Below are positions 13,655 to 26,639 of a stretch of DNA of 64,000 bases, one piece after another. Source of the stretch: the human T2T-CHM13v2.0 reference genome, Homo sapiens; assembly GCF_009914755.1 (NCBI RefSeq), contig NC_060947.1; one strand, written 5' to 3'. The position numbers and the translations under genes are program-made. Each line of letters begins with the position of its first letter. The first letter of the stretch is position 1. Below the pieces are notes generated by a model that was not told the origin of the DNA, ran no database searches, and was given only the letters and a program-made list of their open reading frames with translations.

Positions 13655-15360
13655 AAATGTATTGAGTACCTGCTGTGTGTTAGATATGGTGCTAGGTCCT
13701 ATATGTGGATGTGTGATATGACTGATCCAGTTCTTATCCTACCGTAACTTACATTCTAGTAGGCAATTGCATGAGAGTTCCTTAAGAGCTATAATAGCAG
13801 AAATACAGGCTTCTAAAAAACAGAAAGAAATACACCTTCTCCTCTACTAGAGTGTTAGAAAAACACATATAGTAATATTAAATATATACAGATACCTAAT
13901 CAGACTTATTGGTTTGGACAGTGGGATAATAAGGCTAGTAATGATTTCCTGGTAGAAAAAAAATATGTAAGTCTTCAAGAGTATGGATAAGCTCAGATAA
14001 AGTAGGAATGGGAGAGATAGGCAGGGGTGGTGATGTTTAGAGCCACTGTGAATGAATTCATGTCCCAACGAAAAAAACAACAGGGAACGTTAGGATCGCT
14101 GATTCCGGGAATTGTACAGACCTTTTTCCTTGCGTAAGCTAAGTAGTTTTTAGAGTTACAAGGAAAAGAGATGTAAGAGACTGGAGGAAGAAACATTTAA
14201 GAATCTGAAAGGACTTAAGTCCATCTGGGAAGGAAAAGGGAAAGGGAGGAATGGCAAAGGTTAGGGCGAAGTGTGTTAGGGGGAGTAGACAAGTGAGAGA
14301 GTCCTTTGTGGTTAAAGAAATAGCTAATAAACTAGGTCTGAAAGTTGTTACTCTATCCCTGGAAGAACAAATAAGAATTACTGAAGGCTTTTAGGCAGAA
14401 AATGAACACATTCAGATTTTTGTTTTTTAAAAAATTACTCTAGCTTTTGTGTAGAAATAGATTGGAGAGGAGCAAGACTGAAATTCCAGAGTCTAGGGTG
14501 TAGAAATAGATTGGAGAGGAGCAAGACTGAAATTCCAGAGTCTAGGCAAGAGATAGTGTTTTGAAATCTAAGCAGGAGATCAGGGTCATCTGACTTTTGG
14601 TTTTGGGTGTAAAGATGGGGAAAATAAGACATTCTAGAGAGAAAATGTAAGAACGTATTTAACAACAAAACTTAGTGATTAATTGGAGGTATAGATGGTG
14701 TCCAGGCTTCTGCTTTATTCAACTAAGTGGATGGTGGTCATATTAAATAAATCAGGGAGCCAGGGAGGAGAAGCAGAATTTATAGATGAGGTGATGAGCT
14801 CAGGTGAGTATTTTAAGCTTGAAGCACCTGAGGGACATCTAAATAGAGATCTATTAGACATTTGTGTATTCTTGTAGCTTCCTCAGAAAAATGATTTGGG
14901 CTGGAATTATAGCTTAAGGGTCATCAACATAAGAATGGTAATTGCGTTCAAAGACAAGATTACCCACATAATGTCAAGTAAGAGGAAAAGAGGTCCTAGA
15001 TCAAAACTATGAAGGATGTCGTCAATACTTAATGGAAGGGCAGATGAGGAATTCACAAAGGAGTTAAGAGTGTAGAGTCATATAAGCAAGGAACAGAGTG
15101 TTTTAAGCAGAACAGAGTTGACAGTGGTCCATAATAAGGTGAACTAGGATAAAGACTGTAGAGGACCCACCAAATTTAGCAACATGAGGACCATCAGTGT
15201 CCTTGATGAGAGTACCTCCCATGAGCCTTTGCTGCTAGAAGTCAATGTGCAGTGTGTTAAAGCAGGGCTGGCAACATGATGTGGAGACAACAAATATAGA
15301 TAGGTTGTTTATGATAGAGGGTTATCTGTAAAGGAAAGTCAAGAGGGAAATAACCAGTGT
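13655..15360 (-). mobile_element. Long degenerate L2 LINE
   Basis: TGTATTGAGTACCTGCTGTGTG start; typical antisense L2 motifs GAAGGCTTTTAGGCAG, TTTAGCAACATGAGGACCATCAGTGTCCTTGATGAGAG and TGTGGAGACAACAAATATAGA. Confidence 0.7.
14449..14546. repeat. Perfect 49-bp tandem duplication
   Basis: GTGTAGAAATAGATTGGAGAGGAGCAAGACTGAAATTCCAGAGTCTAGG at 14449-14497 and 14498-14546. Confidence 0.97.
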
Positions 15361-16254
15361 AGCACATAGACTTCAAGGGTTGTTTTAATGATTAAACAAA
15401 AATACTAGAGAATGTTCAAATGCTCATAGAATATGGGATCAATCTCTTTCTCAAAATACTGATAGGATGATGTGAAAAATCATGTCTTCATGAGCAAGCA
15501 ATGTGGAGGCAGTATATTCCCACAGAACATATTCATGGAAGTGTTAACACAAAATATTTTACCAAGTAATGACCATCTCTAAAATCACATTTGTAAAAAC
15601 TAGCGTGCTTTATTAAATCTTCATGGGCAAGATTAACTGATAGACACAGAGCATTTATTTGTTCAAATGTTGAGAATTACAAATTGAGGAATAATTATTT
15701 CTAATGATAGATTCTTAAAACTCTTATTATTAAAGATATAATACACTAAAACAATAATTTTCAGTTATAGCCTCCTTCCATTGATTCAAACGAAAGACAC
15801 ACAAAGTGTAACCGTGCATAAATACTGTCAAGCTTTGAGGAATATCGATTTCTGGAAATCCTCCGTTTTATTGGTACCGAGATTTTCCACAGAAACTCAC
15901 TAAGCACCACTTTTTGTAACTATCCCATGATACTCATTATACGTGCCATGCACACGGTCAATTTCTAGTAAATTAGAAAGTAACTAGCATAATCCTATTA
16001 TTTATTTAATTTCAATGATGTTATCATTGAATCTCCAGTATTCTAGAAATTCTTTGTTTCCAGTGTATATTCATATATGGAATAAACCACTATTTATTTT
16101 AAATTATAGCAATTTTAGAAATAACCTCATTATTCCAATTTTTCATGTTCTGCAGACATCTCACAACTGAACTTCCCAGGCTACAACTTTAATGTGGCAA
16201 ACACATAACCAAACCAAAGTAGAACTGACCGGACTGTGGCAGAGCACATGGTCA

Positions 16255-16860
16255 TTTGTTCAATCACTTGGTCATTCAACAAACGTCTTCTAATCAGCTA
16301 GAATATGTGCCAAGGTCTGGCCTTAACATAAGAGATACAAAGAGGAATAAACTGTAAATAGTCATTGCTCTCTAGGGCAAATCTAGGGAGGAATTCAGAC
16401 AAAAATAAATCCTCATATAATAATAGTAGAAAACTCAAAAGGGACATTAAGACGGATCTATTGACTGCCTTAAGCCATGATGTTGGACTAGGGAGATTAT
16501 ACACTAGGTTCGTCTGGGAAAGGTCTGGTGTACAGCTTTGTCCCGTGACCTTTCCTACACTTTTTATTCTCAAAATAAATACATTAGCAATGATCTTGTA
16601 AGGTGAAACAAAAGTCCATCAGGAAAACAGGAGTTGGCGGGTGGGAAATGGTACCTTATGAAGAGAACAAAGGAAACAATAGCATGGGATATCAGAGAAA
16701 CTCTAGCAACACAGTATAGCTGGGGTGAAGAGTATCTCTGGGCGAGGTCATCAGGGACAAAGTCAATTAGAGGGATAGACAGAGTTCCAAGTGTCAGGGA
16801 CCTTGTTGGTCAGACTAAGCAATCTGAACTATTTGGAAAGCAAACAAGGTAACCCTGGAG
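16255..16860 (-). mobile_element. Degenerate L2 fragment(s)
   Basis: TCATTCAACAAAC...TATGTGCCAAGG; later GACCTTGTTGGTCAGACTAAGCAATCTGAACT. Confidence 0.5.
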
Positions 16861-17254
16861 GATTCCTGAATTTCAATCTAGAATCACACACTATACTTTT
16901 TTTTTTTTCAATTTTGCATGACGACTTCAGGGAAACATGCCAATGAAAAAATCAAGTTAAATCATTACATTAATAAATTTACTTAGTCTAGGATTTGGAA
17001 TATTTATTGCAAGTCAAACTAACCTGTTAGTCATTGCATATAAACAGGTTGGCTAAAATCAAATTTTAAAATGTAGATATCAATAGGTAGTCTCTGCTCT
17101 CAAAGGGCTTACAATTTCCCTGTAATCGTGTCACTTGGATCAGCTTACACAGATTATAATCAGAAGCAGAGACAGCAGAGATAACTCCTGAATAGAGAAA
17201 CTAGGTTAAGAATAATGGGCATAGATATGTCTGTGTGTGTATGTGTGTGTTTTA

Positions 17255-17640
17255 GATAAGTTACTGATCTTCTCTGAGCCTAAGTTTTCTCAGATGAAAA
17301 TGAGAACCATGAAGCCTTCCTTACAGGGTGAATAATGGCAATCCAATGTAAAGGAGGGGGGGATATTTATTCCAGGAAAAACGAACAAGAGAAGTAGAAA
17401 CAACACATACAGTGCTTGCAAAGTGTATAATAGGCCTTCAAGAAATGAGAATTATTATGCTATGTCACAGTCTGATCTCATTAGATACTCTCAATGGCCT
17501 CATGAGAAGGATGAGAAAGGAATACATTTCTCCCATTTTACAGGCGAGGGCACAAAGAGAACAAAAAATCAATTATTTGCTTCAAATTATACAGGTATTT
17601 ATTGGAAACACTTGGGCTCAAAAATATCCCGTTTCCAAGT
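17255..17640. mobile_element. MIR fragments in both orientations
   Basis: AAGTTACTGATCTTCTCTGAGCCTAAGTTTTCTCAGATGAAAATGAG (+); CCCATTTTACAGGCGAGGGCAC (-). Confidence 0.6.
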
Positions 17641-17974
17641 CTTTACCCTTTCTAAAATGCACACTGTCCGTGAAACATGCCAAATTGATTTTATCATCAC
17701 TAAGATGAACTTATCCATAGATCCTTGTGCCCCCAAATCTCACTGTCTCAGTTCTTGGGTGCCTCAAGTCCAAGTTCCCAGGGCATCTGTCTATGAGTAG
17801 GATATTCACAGTGAGTAAAAAGGTAATGCCATAAAAATCTAGGTGTGGGTTAGTAGAATCCAAATAAACGATATAGAACATCACAACTCATATTCAAATA
17901 TGTTAACTAAAGTAATGATTTCCTATTACTTAGAGTGAGGGTCTCAAAATGTTCCTGAAATAGATCTCAAAATG

Positions 17975-18148
17975 TATTCCCTCTGTCTAGTTGAAACTTT
18001 GTAATCTTTGAACAGTAACTCTCTATTCCCTCACTCCACCTCCCAAGCCTCTGTTAACCATGATTCTACTCTACATCTCTATGAATTCAACTTTTCTTAC
18101 ATTGCACATTTAAGTGATATCATGTGGTATTTGTCTTTCTGTGCCTGG
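17975..18148 (-). mobile_element. L1MA 3'UTR fragment
   Basis: GAAACTTTGTAATCTTTGAAC...AACCATGATTCTACTCT...AAGTGATATCATGTGGTATTTGTCTTTCTGTGCCTGG. Confidence 0.8.
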
Positions 18149-20210
18149 GGGAAAAATGTTCATGTACCTCAGAAGTAAACACATTTTAAGCATGTACCCT
18201 ATATAAATATATATTCACAGACATATGTAATTTTAAATTACATTGACACTAGTTTTGTAGACACAACTTACACATCACATACACTATAAAATATACAATC
18301 AAAATATTAATTTCTAGAGAACAAGATAAATAAAAAGTATTTTTTCTCACTACCCCAACTGTTTAGCACGCATATTATTGGGCATGTACATTCCACTTTG
18401 GTAACAACTGACCTAGATAATCAAATTCAAGGTCGTTGGAGTGACAAAATCCTTCATAACTTCACTGGTGTGTGTGTGTAAGCGTGTGTGTGTATATGTG
18501 TGTGTGCTTACAATCCCCACTAGATTTTAAACTCAAAAGAGAACCAACAATGCCTTCATATTTTTTCTTCTCTCTCTTCAATCTGTGTTCCCTGAGATCC
18601 TTTTCTATTTGGTTCACTGGCCCTTTAACCCCAAAGCAGTTTCCACTCTGTGGAAGAAGGAAATAGTTTCATTATATTTTGGCTCTGGGTTGTTTCTTCA
18701 TTTAAAACCGTAGCTAAAGTCCAGACCAGAGAATGATTTGAAAACCATACCTTAAGAATGAGTTTTTCCTAGTACAGTAGACATAAGAACTCTCTGGATG
18801 GGGGGGAGTCAAAAAGAAAGTTGGGGAGGAAGCAAGAAAATTAGATGCTTGTAGGTTTCCGAAGAGGGGGCCTGATGTGGCAGTATTTCATCAGCAAGAA
18901 GGGCAAAGGCAGATTCACTAAATTTCTTGAGGCCTCAGAGTGCAGCCAGCAAGTGGCTACATTTTTCCTGTCCCTGAAAAGAGTGTGGGAGTTGACTGAG
19001 GAAAAGAGTTGGTCATAGCAAGAGATGCTTAACTGAAAAGCTGCATGGGCCATGCAGTGTTAAACTCAAGAAATTGAGGCCTTGAGAAGGGGACCCATGG
19101 GCAGATGCTCAAGAGTAAAGACATTCAGAACCAAGGTGCAGACAAAACCGTGCATCCATAAGATAACAATGTATACAGACACATCCCCTGAAGGCCATAC
19201 GTGCTTCATGAACACTTGGGAACTGGGATGCCTACACAGAAAGAAGATGGGGAGGAACAATCCTAAATGGAAACCAATGAAGAAAACCTGAAATCAATAT
19301 GGTTATGTTTTCTGTCTTCAAGTAGAAAGGGGTCATGTCCATCCATTCAAAAGAATGGCTAAGATGAGATTAATCTTGCATTTCCCGGATGCATTTTCCC
19401 CAAGTTGGAGTGTAAGCCAGCTCTTTGGAGCTTTAGAACTAAGCATCATCTCTTCTTCCTTGCTGACATATGTTCTATTGAACATCTTTTCTCAAAATAG
19501 ACCTGTTTCGCCCACATTGAAAATCTGTCAAGGCAGGTCTCTCCCCCCTTCCTGGTGATCTCCACAAGTGTTGGAAGGGATGTCCTGGCAGTCGTGGACC
19601 TGCCCACTTACTGCCAGGTGGTGCCGATTCAACTGGGCGCAGAGCCCATATGGCATCTGTGGCTTGAGACATAAGTATCATCAGCCACAGTATTCCCCAA
19701 ATTCTTAAAAACCTTCTGCTTTCTGAGTTAACATTGGGCTTATTGTCATCTAGTACTGTTGCTTTTATTCTAGCTGTATACTCATATGTTTGAGTGTTTT
19801 GTTTACTGATACTTCCTCAGTTTTTGTTTCTTTCCTGTACATCACTGTAACAGCAGCACATTCTCCACACATTGAAAGACTCATTGTCTGTCCTTGAGCA
19901 TCATCTCTACTGTCAAATGATAGCCCTCGTACATGCATCCACTACATTCATCATTGTCTCACTATTTATGTTTTGTAACTCTCATTATTATTATAGGTCT
20001 TCAGTTTCTAACACTTTCAAATTAGCACTGTCGTTGAATTAGGCATAATTAGATTTAAAATTTTGCTAAAGTACTCCACAACTAAGGAAGAACAGGGCTC
20101 CAAGTGGTTAACATTAACTTTGGTGGGGGTATGATAGGAGAGTGTTGACGAACCTGTACTTGGAGCTAGTTTTATTTCTATTTAGGCTATTACTCTCTCT
20201 TTCTCCATGC

Positions 20211-20253
20211 TTCCCTCCCTCTCTCCCTTCCTCCCTCTCTCTCTCTCTCTCTG

Positions 20254-20303
<50 letters not shown>

Positions 20304-20451
20304 TATACACACACACATATGTATACATATATACATACATATACACACATATGTATACATATATACATATATACATACATATACACACATATGTATACAT
20401 ATATACATACATATACACACACACACACATACACATACACACACATATATG
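20211..20451. repeat. Compound (CT)n, (TA)n and (CATA/CA)n simple repeat
   Basis: Directly visible; source of the six overlapping low-complexity ORFs at 20142-20573. Confidence 0.95.
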
Positions 20452-20818
20452 TGCAATAAAGAACTGCCTGAGACTGGGTAATTTATAAAGGAAAGGGATT
20501 TAATTGACTCATAGTTCAGCATGGCTGGGGAGACCTCAGGAAACTTACAATCATAGTAGAAGGTGAAGGGCATAGTAGAAAGGGCATAGTAGAAAGCAAG
20601 GCACCTCCTTTACAAGGTGGCAAGAAGGAGAATGAGTGAGGAGGGAAGGGGGAAGAGCCCTTTATAAAACCATCTGATCTCATGATTCACTATCAGGAGA
20701 ACAGCATGGGCAAAACCACCCTCAAGATCCAATTGCCTCCACCTGGTCTCTCCCTTGACACACGGGGATTATAATTCAAAATGAGATTTGAGTGGGGACA
20801 GAAAGCCTAACCATATCA
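20452..20818 (-). mobile_element. THE1 (THE1D-like) MaLR solo LTR, one end lost in the adjacent microsatellite
   Basis: GAGACTGGGTAATTTATAAAGGAAAG...AGGAAACTTACAATCAT...AGATTTGAGTGGGGACAGAAAGCCTAACCATATCA. Confidence 0.92.
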
Positions 20819-21132
20819 ATGTGTGTGTATAATTTATTTCTGGTAGATGAACATGTTCATCAAAATCAACTATATAATCACAATATTAACTGAAATATCT
20901 GACTTTTAAGAACTTTAAATATTTTAGAGGTTGCCTACGGCTGTACAAGTAAATAAATTGATAGAGCACATTCTTTTAAATATAAAATGAGAGGAAATAG
21001 TCTTAATTAGATTACTACATTTTCCCCATGGATGTGTCATAGTACATTCTAGAGGAAAAAAGTAATTGATTATATGAAGATTAGAATAGGTATATTTAAC
21101 AAGCAGGTAGTGTTTGTGGAAATGTTCTAAGA

Positions 21133-21446
21133 TGTTAGAAAAATAAGAATAAGATCTACTGTTTCATAGCACAATAGGGTTGCTATAGTCAGTAATAACT
21201 TAATGGTACATTTTAAAATAACTAACAGAGTATAATTAGAATGTTTGTAATACAAAGCACAAATGCTTGAAGGGATAGATAACCCATTCTCCATGATGTG
21301 ACTATTTCATATTGAATGCTTGTGTTAAAACCTCTCTTGTACCCCATCAATATATACACCTTCCTCATGTACCCCGTTGACATATACACCTACCATGTAC
21401 TCACAAAGATAAAAAACCCATTGAAAGAAAAAACTTAAAAGAAAAA
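21133..21446 (+). mobile_element. L1MA2/3-type 3' end with preserved TSD
   Basis: GAATAAGATCTAC...ATAGCACAATAGGG...ATATATACACC; TSD TGGAAATG(T/C)TCTAAGA at 21117-21132 and 21447-21462. Confidence 0.88.
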
Positions 21447-21809
21447 TGGAAATGCTCTAAGAGATGACGACAGGTAATATACGTCTTAGTGCATTTATGT
21501 ATGTGTTTATTTTTGCAAGAGATAGACATAACTGTCAGCCCCTGGACACAGCTCAGTGGATAGTGACTTTTGCTAACACTTAATGGATTCCATATGTTCA
21601 ATAAAAAATCATTATGAGAAAGTTCACTGAACCTTTTATACAAACTAACCATGCAAAGCTCAATTCAAAAAGGCACCTAGGAAGTGAATGCAATACTTGC
21701 ATATTTCCTTTGACATGAATAAATACAAAGGCATTTTATTTTAATTGAGTTAAAGCATAATAGTTTCTCTTGCATAAATAATTAAAATAGAAAGAAAAAT
21801 AGCATATAA

Positions 21810-22030
21810 GGAGACTTACTGATATCAGGCACTGTCCTAAGTATATTATATACACTGAAATATCTATCAAAACAAGCCTATGAGAGACGATTATTAGATC
21901 AATTTGAGAGAAAAATTAACTGAGGCTTACGTAGGTTAACTCCCATAGGTTATACTAATAGTGATGCAATAAACCAGGAGTTTCACCTAGGCAGTATGCC
22001 CAAAGCCCATGTATTTTAATCATTATAATC
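21810..22030 (-). mobile_element. MIR SINE
   Basis: ACTTACTGATATCAGGCACTGTCCTAAG...AACTGAGGCTTACGTAGGTTAA...CCTAGGCAGT. Confidence 0.7.
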
Positions 22031-22627
22031 AGACTCCTACATTACATACCACTGATTTTAATTTGGAAAGATAATTTTTTTCTAGAAATGTTTCTCAATA
22101 GTATTTTGTTCTAATACAAATGTGAACACCTTTAAAATCCTAAAAGTGTTAAACAAGTTGGGGGGTAATAATCTGACATTCTCCCAGGTAAGGGGATTTC
22201 GAATAAGGTCTTCCTATGGCATGGCAACATTAAAGTCCTCACTAAGCAACATGTTATTTAACTTCATGACACTGGGAAGAGAGTATTTGCCAGCTTTAGA
22301 AAGCAAATGTTAAGAATCTAAACATTATCAAGGGGACTATTTTGCTTAATTTTGAGCTTTCAACACTAAAGAAGTATATAAAGGAACATGGGTATACTTC
22401 AATGATTACGTAAGGGTCCAGGCTAATCAAATCATCACTGAGGTGGCTATTACACACACCAAACATATAATCAGAAAATTGTGGCTCATGAGAAGTTTAA
22501 CTTAAGCCCTTCCTATTCAATAGGGGATGTCTTAGGACCAGGATGTTTGATGATATCCCTGAAATCACAATGCCTATTAATGTTAACAGCCTATTAAAAA
22601 AAAAACCTACACATATCCTTTTATCGT

Positions 22628-22950
<323 letters not shown>

Positions 22951-23151
22951 TATATCATTGTTATTACTATCGGTATTACTACTATTATTCCAATGTTAAT
23001 ATGGTGCCCACTGTTTTAAAGTAGAAATGCTATTATTTAATCTTCTTGTGTTCGTATTCAATAAAGAAAAATATAAGTATTATGACAAGGCAGTGATTTG
23101 GACAGGATGTTTCGAATGCAGGCATGTTGACATATAACTGGACATGAGCCC

Positions 23152-23817
23152 TGATATAGTTTGGATATTTGTCGCCACTCAAATCTCAAGTGGAAATATA
23201 ATTCCCAATGTTGGTGGTGGGACCTGGCGGGAGGTTTTTGGGTCATGGGGACAGATCCCTCATGGTTTTGTATTGTCCTCAGTGTAGTGAGTGAGTTTTC
23301 ATGAGATCTGGTTTTTTTTTAAAGTGTGTGGGCATCACCTTCTGCCATGAGCAAAAACTCCCTGAGGCCTCCCCAGGAGCCAAGCAAATGCCTGTGCCAC
23401 ACTTCCTGTACAGCCTGCAGAACCATCAGCCAATTAAACTTTTTTTCTTGTTGAAATATAATGCCAAGTGTTGGACTTGGGGCCTGGTGTGAGATGTTTG
23501 AGTCACGGAGGTGGATCCCTCACAGCTTGATGCTGTCCTCATGATAGCAGCTGAGTTCTTGAGCGATCTGTTTTTTTTTTTTTTTTTTTTAAATGTGTGG
23601 CAACCTCCCCCTGGCTTCTGCTCTGGCCATGTGACATGCTTACTCCTGTTTCATCTTCCACTATGAGTAAAAGCTCCCGGAGGCCTCCCCAGAAGCTGAG
23701 TAGATGCTGGTGTCCTGCTTCCTGTACAACCTGCAGAATCATGAATCGATTAAAGCTCTTTTTAAAAATACATTACCCAGTCTCGGCTATTTCTTCATAG
23801 CAATACATGCTAACACA
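23152..23817 (+). mobile_element. Two head-to-tail fused MSTA-like MaLR LTR copies
   Basis: TGATATAGTTTGGATATTTGTC start; LTR body repeated from about 23450 (GTTGAAATATAAT...GTGTTGG); CTAACACA end. Confidence 0.88.
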
Positions 23818-26329
23818 GACCCACCCTCCCCGTCTGTCCTTGATACTCTTGTTTTTCTGCCGATTTTATTCCTATTGTATCTACTCTTTGTTTGATGTTA
23901 AGAAAATGATCTTTGCTTCAAAAATTCAAATTATAATCCTGCAAGCTCTTTGATATAAGTGTTCAATTTAAATTAAAAAGGCAAAACCAAAATAAGACTA
24001 AGCATAAGAAAATAATACACTTTCCCTTAGTTACCAGAGTGATGTATTTGAACATTTTAAATGCTTTCAAAAAATCAAATTTCTAAACTGTTACCTCTAC
24101 TTAATCCCACAGAGGTGATAAAATTGTTGGCAATTGATGATCATGTGGATAAATTGACTGACAATTTCATTCATTTATTCATTAATAGCTCCTCATTGAT
24201 GTATGTATCCCAAATGTCTCCTTTCCTTCTCTCAAAGGGGCAAGCAAAGGAAATGGAAACTGTAACAGTAAAAGCCATATACTCTAAGGTGGACATTAGA
24301 AAGTCTCTTGGTCTACAGGTCGTTTTTAATCCTAAAGACAGAATAATCTACCTATATAGAAATCATTAAACAAATAGAAATTTTGCCTTATAAATAGTAG
24401 GAAAATACATACCTACATTTATGGCCTGAAAACCAGCATCAGCTATGTTATAGTTGTCCACATAGAACTAATATAATGTACTGGGTAGAAAGTGACCATT
24501 TTTCTCCATTTTGACCCTTGTCATCACTGGAAGAACATGGATTCCATTAAGGTTCCCACATTCATTACCCTTCTCCTCACACAGAAATGCAAACATTGAA
24601 AAGTTTCTTCGTGGAGAGTTCTATTTTGTTTTGTTCTTTTTGCATTAAAAGTTCAATACTATTTATTCAAGTTTATCAAGCTGAATGAACAAATGGCCTA
24701 TTATAATTGCATTTCATATTTTGGGCCCTTAAATTTCGAAATCTACGTTTCCAAAGAGAAAGTTAAAAACAGGGGAAAATGCTGCTAAATTATTTGATGA
24801 GCTTCATATTTGTGATGCTCTCATTTTAGTTACATTAAGGCAAAAAGCCAAAATAAAATCCCAAGGCTTGGAGTTTGAAACAAGTGGTGAAAGGGAAGGG
24901 AGCATTGATAAGAGAGGCAGGAAAGATAGATTTAATGGCATTTTTTTTGTTTTAAATAATGCTTAAGAAGAAAAATTATGTTTATTACACTCAGTTTATT
25001 TCCCTGTGGAAGAACAACCTTTTCCTCTCCTCAGTCTGGAACTCATACTCTTTGCCACATGACCTGTGGGAAATTGACTTGAACAGATGTTTTGGTTTCA
25101 CATTAAATCTACAAATTATTTTGCGTAATTCCCTAGTGCCCATCTACTATAATTTTTATGATGTCTCTACTCTTTGTTTTTTACATACTATGACAAAAGA
25201 GTCATAAGACATAGTGCCTAGTCAGTAATTGGCTCACTGAAATGCTTAGAGTTTATATATTTGTAAGACCACACAAAATTTCAAGCAGGAACCTTTCAGT
25301 TATCACAATCTTTATTAATACTCTCTTGAAATTGACACTTTTTAGGCTTCATATGCCAAAAAACATGAGAGTAATAATTGACCTTATGCTTTAGGACATG
25401 TTTCTTCTTAAATACTTCTTATTTTAATATTAGTAACAATTCTACTACTAATAATATCTATGGTTCATTGAATGCTAGTCTACATAGGTGCATAGATACC
25501 TGGATATAGATGATAAATAGATGACAGAGAAAGAGAAAGATAGAAACAGAGAAATATTTTTACTTTGAATGAAATACATTATCTCTCCCATCCTAATAAC
25601 CACCTTCCAAGATAAGTTCACATCTTATTATTAGAGATGAGAAGATTTAGTTTTAACAATAGTGTTTGACTGAACTTGAAATACACAGGTGTGTAAATAT
25701 TAAAACATTAAAACATTCCTAAAATCTTTGCAGATAATTAGAAAGAGTCTAGCAAACATTATCTGTAATAAAAACATATATATTTAATTTGGAATGTGCT
25801 TTAATTTTGTGGTATTTTGTGACCACTCTGTTCCTTGTCCCTTGCCTGTGATTAGTGAATATAGAGTGTTCATTTATTGACACTTTTATCCACTATCTCT
25901 GGAGGACAAATGTGAAGTAGTTGCCAAGACTCTACTTTAGGCAGTTTCACATATCATTAAAACAAAAATTTACAGATTATGTATTTCCATGAAATATGAC
26001 AATAACAAATTGGAAGGCTGAGGGCTAATTTTACACATAATTTTGCAAATCTGTTTGTTAAGAATGAGTATGCAATTCATACATTGACATTCTGGTAGTT
26101 CATCAGTTTATAAAACTAGTGAAATGGAAGAATGCATTGAAATTTAATTGTTGGTATCTTCACACTTTTGCTGACTATATTAAAACAGATACATTGAACT
26201 GAGTGGTCCCGCCTCCTAATAATTTATAACATCTTCAGTTTCTGCCACTAATATTTATCATTATCTTATGAACAGGTCTGTGCATTGAAATAATAATAAA
26301 AACGATAAGGAAATAAATAGACATAACTA

Positions 26330-26560
26330 TTATTTATTCAGTGTATTATTAAGTGTATGATATAATGCCAGGCATCCTAGATATATCATCTCATTTACTC
26401 CTCACAATGAACCTATTAAGTAGATGTCCTTGTGCCTATTTTAAAAATGAGGAAGATAAAACGTACAGAAATTTAACATTTTGCCCAAGATTGCAAAGCA
26501 AACTAAATGCATGAACAAGGATTTGAACTGTGTTTTTTTTTTTCATCTGGAGGCCTCCGT
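26330..26560 (-). mobile_element. MIR SINE
   Basis: TCTCATTTACTCCTCACAATGAACCTAT...CCTATTTTAAAAATGAGGAA...TTGCCCAAGAT...GGATTTGAAC. Confidence 0.75.
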
Positions 26561-26639
26561 TCCCAAGCATGCTTTTAAATTTTTTTTTTCTCTTGACACA
26601 TATCATAAGGTTTCTTCTCATTTTTCACATCATATCAAC

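Noticed and set aside
14449-14546. Direct repeats as a CRISPR-like array (also 62027-62076)
   Set aside because: Adjacent copies without unique spacers, in eukaryotic DNA
20142-20573. Six overlapping ORFs up to 127 aa, and similar ORFs at 63563-63997
   Set aside because: Stop-free translations of TA/CA microsatellites
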